From Amoeboradix gromovi X-113 (Eukaryota; Fungi; Sanchytriomycota), in contig JADGIF010000199.1 of the NCBI GenBank assembly GCA_018985225.1, forward strand, positions 1-15,044: 15,044 nt of DNA. The letters run 5' to 3'. Position numbers and translations under genes: made by a program. Below the pieces are notes generated by a model, which was given only the letters and a program-made list of their open reading frames with translations, made no database searches and was not told the DNA's origin. This document shows, in pieces, positions 9,384 to 15,044 of this stretch (within the stretch, counting starts at the first letter, position 1; each line of letters opens with the position of its first letter).

Positions 9384-9998
9384 TTAGATTATTTTGGCTA
9401 ACGTCCCGTTGTTAATACTGTACATGTAACCCTCTACTTTGATTCCCTTGGGCACCATGTCGCAGTTCCTAATTCTCATAACATTCGATCTCACATTTCT
9501 CAGACTCAGGTCATTGACTCGAAGCTCATCTACGGAATGGTCATTTTTGTCCAATATCAATTGCTCTACTCCTGAAATGTACCGGTTCAGAGGTCCCATT
9601 ATTGGAACATCTCTATGCTCTCCCGCATTGAGTTCCAATGCATGTTTGACACCTCCACATTCGGTATGACCAATTACTACAATTCTGCTCACCTTTAAGA
9701 CGTTTGTAGAATAAAATAAAGCACTTTTGATGCTGTCATCTTCTGAGTTGTAGAGGTTGGCAATGTTGCGATGTACGAATAAATCTCCTAAACTAGCTTC
9801 TGTAATGATGTCTGTTGATACTCTTGAATCACTGCAAGTAAGCACCATTGTAGGTGGGGATTGGCCATCTGATAACTTGTGGATTTCAGATTTATGGGTG
9901 CTTGCAAACTCTTTATTTTCGCCAAGCAAAATGTCAAATGAGTTCTGCTGAAGAGTTGCGGATTCGGTCTTCACAAATATTGTGAGCAGGGTTAGCAT
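9384..9998 (-). CDS. Beta-class carbonic anhydrase with a putative N-terminal signal peptide, 204 aa
   Basis: Zn ligands CSDSR and GHTECGG, GDLFVHRNIAN, C-terminal GYMYSINNGTL; short hydrophobic N-terminus MLTLLTIFVKTESA. Confidence 0.93.
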   Translation of the reverse strand: MLTLLTIFVKTESATLQQNSFDILLGENKEFASTHKSEIHKLSDGQSPPTMVLTCSDSRVSTDIITEASLGDLFVHRNIANLYNSEDDSIKSALFYSTNVLKVSRIVVIGHTECGGVKHALELNAGEHRDVPIMGPLNRYISGVEQLILDKNDHSVDELRVNDLSLRNVRSNVMRIRNCDMVPKGIKVEGYMYSINNGTLAKII

Positions 9999-10675
9999 CG
10001 CCTCTAAATCTGTTGTTTCCGTTTACACCGTTTAAATTGGCTATTGTGCCAATCAAATTATCTAGCTCGGTCTTTATTCCTAAACGTTGTCTGATAGAAT
10101 GTCTTGTGCATCTCTTCTAAATTCCAACTGCTTTTTACAGCTTCAGTTTAATAAAACTATAATTGACTTGGTTTCTCTAGAAAATAAGATTTATTTTAAA
10201 AATTCAAAGATGCTACAAGCCAATTTGAAGTACCATTTACTTATGCTCTGATAAACTAACTAATGTTCATTAAACATATATTTCAAATATTTTGAAGTCC
10301 AAATTTTGTTCCCTTTGTTAAAGCTACAACTCGCAGCCAACCCTTATTATTTCCGGCCGGATCCTTAACTTTTGCCACGTATCCTTTTTGTAGCTTGATA
10401 ATTAACTTTTCCTGCAGTCCATCTTAATCTACTATTAAATTGCAATATGCATTGGCGTAACTTTGGGAAACTACAAGATTATTGAATACGCTAGTACTTT
10501 CGAAGGTTTTAACAGAATCGGGTTTATTTTAGAGGCTATGGATTCAGGAATAAGCATATCATTCATTGTTTTTGGTATAACAGTAGACTACTTAGACATA
10601 CGACCACTTTCGTATATTTAACCTGCCAAAAAGTGCCCCACTTAAATTTAAAGACCAAACATAGTGTAAGAGAAT

Positions 10676-11770
10676 TTATTTACCCAACAGATCGATTCCT
10701 GCTAATTCGTTTTTTATGAAGTCACCGGTAGCAATAGGAGGATACTTAGAAACTAAATTCGGATACTCATGAACTACCGCGTTGGTCTTGTACCCGAAAC
10801 TTGATTCAACAACCTCATCATCTTCAACCTTATTTACGACATCTAATGGCATTAATACCGTGTCAGGATGTGCGTGGATGAACAATGTTGAGGATGCTCG
10901 CCAGAGAGATCTGTTATTCGGCTTTGCTAGATGAATTGCATTCAAAGTATTTTCATTCACGACTACTTCATGGTACCCCGCGAGCACTCTGCCACTAGTA
11001 ACGTATTCAAATTGTTTGCCAGCTTGGACCAGCAGCATACCGCGGGGGATTTTGACTTCGAGCTTTCTCCCTGTATTTCTAGGCCATATATACAGACCAG
11101 GAAAACGGCTTTGACCATGAATAGTGATAAAGTTCATATCGTAGTGGAACGCGGCAAAAACATCTCCCTTCTCGGCATTTGATAGATCAGATCCTGTTGG
11201 AGCTAGCAGATGAGGACCGCCTCGAGTGTAATCCAGAAAAGCATTCTCACCGTATCCTAATCCAATTGCAGCCATTTTACTAATAGTCATCCCAGTGTCA
11301 ACTAACTTGTTTCCCCAACTGTCCATTTCAAATTCCCAGTTCTCCGATAGCGACTGGGGGATAACTTTCTCTTCAGTTAAAATAGGATACTTCTCAGATA
11401 CACAACTACCGACTCTCCAGAAGAACCTCCATTTAGGATCATTGCCTGTCCACGCTGTTGGTTGGTCTACTAAGTTCCTCTTAACTTCATCGCAATTGGG
11501 ATCCCAGCTACATTTTGGCGCTTCAACCAAGCCAGGAGTAGCTCCAACTTGGTATCCAAAATTCTTTCTAACATCTTTCATCTTCTCCTCCACTGGTAAA
11601 TCGAAATATTCAGTTGCTATATTTAAGAATTTAGAATTATCCTCTGCAGTTACTCTGGGGTCTTTGACAAGACAAGCACCATACTGGACAAAAGCTTCTG
11701 CCATAGCAAAACAAGCAGCTTGGTCATTCTCGGTTAGAAATGGTTTTAAATCTATTGTCGGAAGTTCCAT
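10676..11770 (-). CDS. 2-oxoglutarate/Fe(II)-dependent oxygenase (IPNS/DIOX-like fold), 364 aa from ATG 11770
   Basis: N-terminal LPTIDLKPF, HxD in FHYDMNFITIHG, distal H in GYHEVV, RxS in WRASS. The track's start at 11797 is a GTG; the first ATG is at 11770. Confidence 0.9.
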   Translation of the reverse strand: MELPTIDLKPFLTENDQAACFAMAEAFVQYGACLVKDPRVTAEDNSKFLNIATEYFDLPVEEKMKDVRKNFGYQVGATPGLVEAPKCSWDPNCDEVKRNLVDQPTAWTGNDPKWRFFWRVGSCVSEKYPILTEEKVIPQSLSENWEFEMDSWGNKLVDTGMTISKMAAIGLGYGENAFLDYTRGGPHLLAPTGSDLSNAEKGDVFAAFHYDMNFITIHGQSRFPGLYIWPRNTGRKLEVKIPRGMLLVQAGKQFEYVTSGRVLAGYHEVVVNENTLNAIHLAKPNNRSLWRASSTLFIHAHPDTVLMPLDVVNKVEDDEVVESSFGYKTNAVVHEYPNLVSKYPPIATGDFIKNELAGIDLLGK

Positions 11771-11861
11771 ACCTTCTCCAGATAGTTTGTTAGTCACACT
11801 GCAAATGTGTCATGTACTAGTCATAGGTTCTAAGATTGTGCAATAATTAGAAACATCGTAT

Positions 11862-12222
11862 TTACTTTTTGTTTCCCTCTTCTTCAGCTTTTTTTTGCCT
11901 CTCTTCTTCTTCTTCCTTGAGCTTCAATGCAGCAATTTCGGGCTTTGTTAGAAATCTTCCACCAGGACCTAAGTAAATTAAAGCTACCTCTCATTCTACT
12001 CATTGCATGTTTGTGGCGACTTTCATGCAGATACGGTTTTCTAGCTTTTGGGTACTTGGCCTCCATGCGAGCGCGTTGCTCTCGTCTTTTTAAAATTCTA
12101 TGATACTGTTTAGCATTTACGTATAATGGGTCGCTGAACCCTAGCTCTTCTTGTTGACCAAAATTTTGTTGCTGCTGTTGTGGGTATGCGAATTGCTGAG
12201 ACTCATTAGGGTTTAAGTTCAT
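11862..12222 (-). CDS. HAP2: CCAAT-binding factor subunit Hap2/NF-YA, complement(join(11862..11968,11988..12222)), 113 aa
   Basis: [16 protein letters not shown]...[18 protein letters not shown] then, after removing a 19-nt intron, GPGGRFLTK, the conserved end of the DNA-binding subdomain. Ends EEGNKK* at 11862. Q-rich N-terminus; the start could instead be ATG 12300. Confidence 0.92.
11969..11987 (-). other. 19-nt spliceosomal intron (gtagctttaatttacttag on the minus strand), phase 1
   Basis: AG|GT...AG|GT junctions; removal restores the conserved RGxGGRF motif of NF-YA. Confidence 0.95.
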
Positions 12223-12549
12223 CTTCAGAATTTTTGGATGTTTCAGAATTTCATTTTGGGATTTCAATTGAATAAATAATTTATCGCAATTGTACGACAT
12301 AAACTACTTGAGTGTTCTCTCTTTCTAGCGCTTTCTATTTGAATAAACTTGTACATTTGATATTCTCATCTGTAGCTCCATATCTTCATAGCCAGAATAT
12401 ACTAATTATAAAGAAATCACAAGTAGATACAAAGCATATTCTTTTACACTTGGAAATGGTCTAAAAAATCTTAATTCAATGGAAGGAAAATAAACTCCTG
12501 AATCTCGTAAACCGATTTGCAAGTCAAACGTGTACAAGGTGAGGGACTC

Positions 12550-13330
12550 CGAGGTAAGCCTATTTGGAGTCATGTAAAAGTTTTAATTTGCGAGTGGATA
12601 GAGAACACATAATTGCAACATATGTAAAATATTCAATCCCGCCTCAAAATAGTGGAAATTGAACAGCTACTTTAGAGGATCCACTAGCTTTGTAAGTTTC
12701 TCCAGAAAAATTCTCAATTTTCTCGCGAATCTGGAGATTCAATGAGACAATGAGCTTTTGCAACAAAAAGTAAACACGAGACGGTAAAAAGGAAGCATTA
12801 AGCTATTTAGGCCCGAAATTATATAAAAATTGGTCAAAAAATGCCATAAATTTCTTATTAGACATTTGGGACCGCGAATTCAAAAGCTTGATGTGAAGTA
12901 CCCATAATGTGTGTTAGGAAATATATTGGTCTTTAATTATAATTAAGATGATAAAGAGAACATGATAGAGCGGTGATTTGCTATGGCAATAGCACTTATA
13001 GATGACACAGAAAGACTAGTTTCAGTACTCCAAACTAGAGTTTTATGTCTAATTGATTAGGTACCATAACTATTGCTTATACCAGAATATAATACTATCA
13101 AATCGTATCTTAATGCCTATGGGTACATTGTCAAGTTTAGGAGCATTCAGGAATCTCACAGAAGGTTACCTTCATGCAGGTCTATCAATTATTATGAAAG
13201 CGTTTATGGAGAAGTTACTGCATTAGTGAAACAATTTCAAAGTATTAGAATGTGTACTGAGCGATAGTGAAGACCCGACGGGGAAAGAGCAGACTTGATA
13301 ATGCTGATTTGCTACTTCAAATACAAGTGA
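12550..13330 (+). mobile_element. Possible decayed 5' half of a hAT-type transposase (BED zinc finger through to the first catalytic-Asp region)
   Basis: Across frameshifts: PIWSHVK (12559-12579), CNICK (12614-12628), IH*LC (12679-12693), resembling BED W-x-H...CxxC...H-x-x-C; then YYESVYGEVTALVKQFQSIRMCTER* / EDPTGKEQ (about 13190-13292), resembling the helix and T-D-G-W-E-D segment of hAT transposases. Needs several frameshifts and stops. Confidence 0.4.
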
Positions 13331-13982
13331 TAACTATTTGGATTACTAATGAACGTATTTAAAAAATCGCCGTTCCATCGACAAATAATCATGTGTATAT
13401 TAGTTCTGTTTGTAACATATATTCACTAAAATCTGCGCTTGTTTGATATTCAACATAACCATAGGCTGGCATACACTGTCAAAACTAGAATGATTAATTT
13501 TAGTGTGGCAAGCTAGTTTTTATTGTTTTTGTTCATGTTAACTATTATTTATCATATTCAATATCTTAATAACCTCTCAGATAGAACGATCTTAACTATG
13601 TTACAAATAGTGTAAGAAAACTTAAATTACAAGGCATACGAATCTTGCCAATTTCAATGCTTGATGTAGTCTCATAAATTGGTGTATCTTATGTTCTATG
13701 GCGCTATGCCCTAGTCCTAATTTATTTAACCGCAGACAAATAGATTGAGATTTGTTTTCGAGCATGCTCTTTGATACACCTTAGATCACCAGTTGAAGAT
13801 GATTAGTAAAACTGTACCGGAAATGTCAGTAACCATCTCAAAGCCAAAAGCAAAGCAGATAGTAGCACTGCACGTAAAGTAAGTGGAAAGAAAAAGAGAA
13901 GAAGCATGAGAGATTGCAATATTTTCTACGTATTTAGAAAATTTAGAGATGTATCCAAAATAACATGCAATACCAAATGATT

Positions 13983-14744
13983 TTATTTATTTACAGTCAT
14001 ATAGTTACCTGCTACTATTCCCTTCTTACCGTTGGAATTAATAGCTTTCCACCAGTTCTTTTCAGTAATAACAACCCTGAATATATCTCCTTTTTTAAAT
14101 GTTAGCTCGGTAGGATCATCCTTACTACCCTCATAATCATACTTCGCGGTAGCTATCTCTTCACCATTATTGTAGTCCTGTAAATAAGAAAATTCCGAGT
14201 TTCTTATGCCTTCAGTGTTTAGGTTTTTAGTTTTATTGTCCAAAGCACTAAGCTCTGAAAAGTCTGAATATTCTGTCATAGCAGTGTCCCTCTTGCTACC
14301 AGCATCGCTGAATGTTGTGTACCTTTTGTTCTTTTTGTCATTTTCCTTAAATTTCGAGTTTTCATTTAGCGGCAACTTCAAATCAAAGTCTTCGTCTAAA
14401 AACAGTATAAATGCCAATATACTGTCTCCTATAATAGATAGGATAGCACCAACCAAGACCATGCTGCCCATGCCCTTAGCAGATATTCCCAGTGTGCAAC
14501 TAAAAGTCATTCCAGACAAACAATAAGTGTGAACTAAAACAAGTATGTTTCGATAATCATCTATTCTGCCATTGCGCATCGCCCATATTACGTAAAAAAT
14601 GTAAAATGTGTTGACAATTGCGATCCACATTCCAAAAGCCCCCATTATGGTCCATGACAGTGCTTGACCTATAATCATAAGCAAGAGCCCCAGCCCGCAG
14701 GATAAAAAAGTGCCGTAAAATAACCTTTTGTCGACTTTCAACAT
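13983..14744 (-). CDS. SHO1: Sho1-like tetraspan membrane sensor/adaptor with C-terminal SH3 domain, 253 aa
   Basis: Four N-terminal hydrophobic segments, a polar linker, then SH3 ATAKYDYEGSKDDPTELTFKKGD...NWWKA...GKKGIVAGNY. The 4TM+SH3 layout and the DDPxE loop are typical of fungal Sho1. Confidence 0.8.
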   Translation of the reverse strand: MLKVDKRLFYGTFLSCGLGLLLMIIGQALSWTIMGAFGMWIAIVNTFYIFYVIWAMRNGRIDDYRNILVLVHTYCLSGMTFSCTLGISAKGMGSMVLVGAILSIIGDSILAFILFLDEDFDLKLPLNENSKFKENDKKNKRYTTFSDAGSKRDTAMTEYSDFSELSALDNKTKNLNTEGIRNSEFSYLQDYNNGEEIATAKYDYEGSKDDPTELTFKKGDIFRVVITEKNWWKAINSNGKKGIVAGNYMTVNK

Positions 14745-15044
14745 GGGTCAGAGAGAATATTTGCAACTTTAAAATTAACTAAACCCTTTTTGATTGGGTA
14801 AAATTTCATTAATTTTAATTAGCCAAAAAGTCGAAGAGATGATGAACCATTTATCGAGAGTACTGTATCTATTTACGTAAATGCTCTTCTTTTCTAGATA
14901 ATTTGAACTGAATAAAATGCAATGCCTTCGCTCATCATCAAATGACCAGTATTTCTAGCGCCTAAGTTAAATGTGAAGAATTCGAAAATCATGAAGATTT
15001 CAAACCCCACACTTCTCAAGTGTAGACAACTTGGGGAGATACCA

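Noticed and set aside
10931-11846. Antisense or alternate-frame ORFs over real genes (10931..11182, 11295..11846; likewise 4129..4335, 4942..5244, 5315..5515, 6961..7170, 7509..7706, 8158..8365, 9439..9951, 14206..14526, 14557..14766)
   Set aside because: Shadows of well-supported CDSs with no motifs of their own.
13040-13060. Candidate 21-nt intron gttttatgtctaattgattag
   Set aside because: Starts GTT, not GTA, and a TAA remains two codons after the junction in the upstream ATG frame.

Overview
AT-rich, compact eukaryotic nuclear DNA in the standard genetic code, most likely from an early-diverging fungus (Sho1, Hap2, fungal-type uL2, YANK/STK32 kinase). Nine genes are supported: the 3' end of a Ser/Thr-stalk single-pass membrane protein, a BT1/FBT folate-biopterin transporter, an STK32/YANK kinase, RPL2, an Efm3/EEF2KMT-like methyltransferase, a beta-carbonic anhydrase with a possible signal peptide, a 2OG-Fe(II) oxygenase, HAP2/NF-YA and SHO1. 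The main result is that all four introns I could reconstruct are exactly 19 nt (GTA-N5-WAYTWAYKTAG, putative branch A fixed at -6). Removing them repairs conserved protein motifs that the ORF track shows as broken, which points to an ultra-short, fixed-length spliceosomal intron system. Second, all seven TAA-ending genes have A(A/G)TAAA overlapping or abutting the stop, and five of them end in Lys. Two of the ORF-poor gaps carry weak, heavily decayed hAT-transposase-like motifs. All calls come from reading by eye, without database searches.
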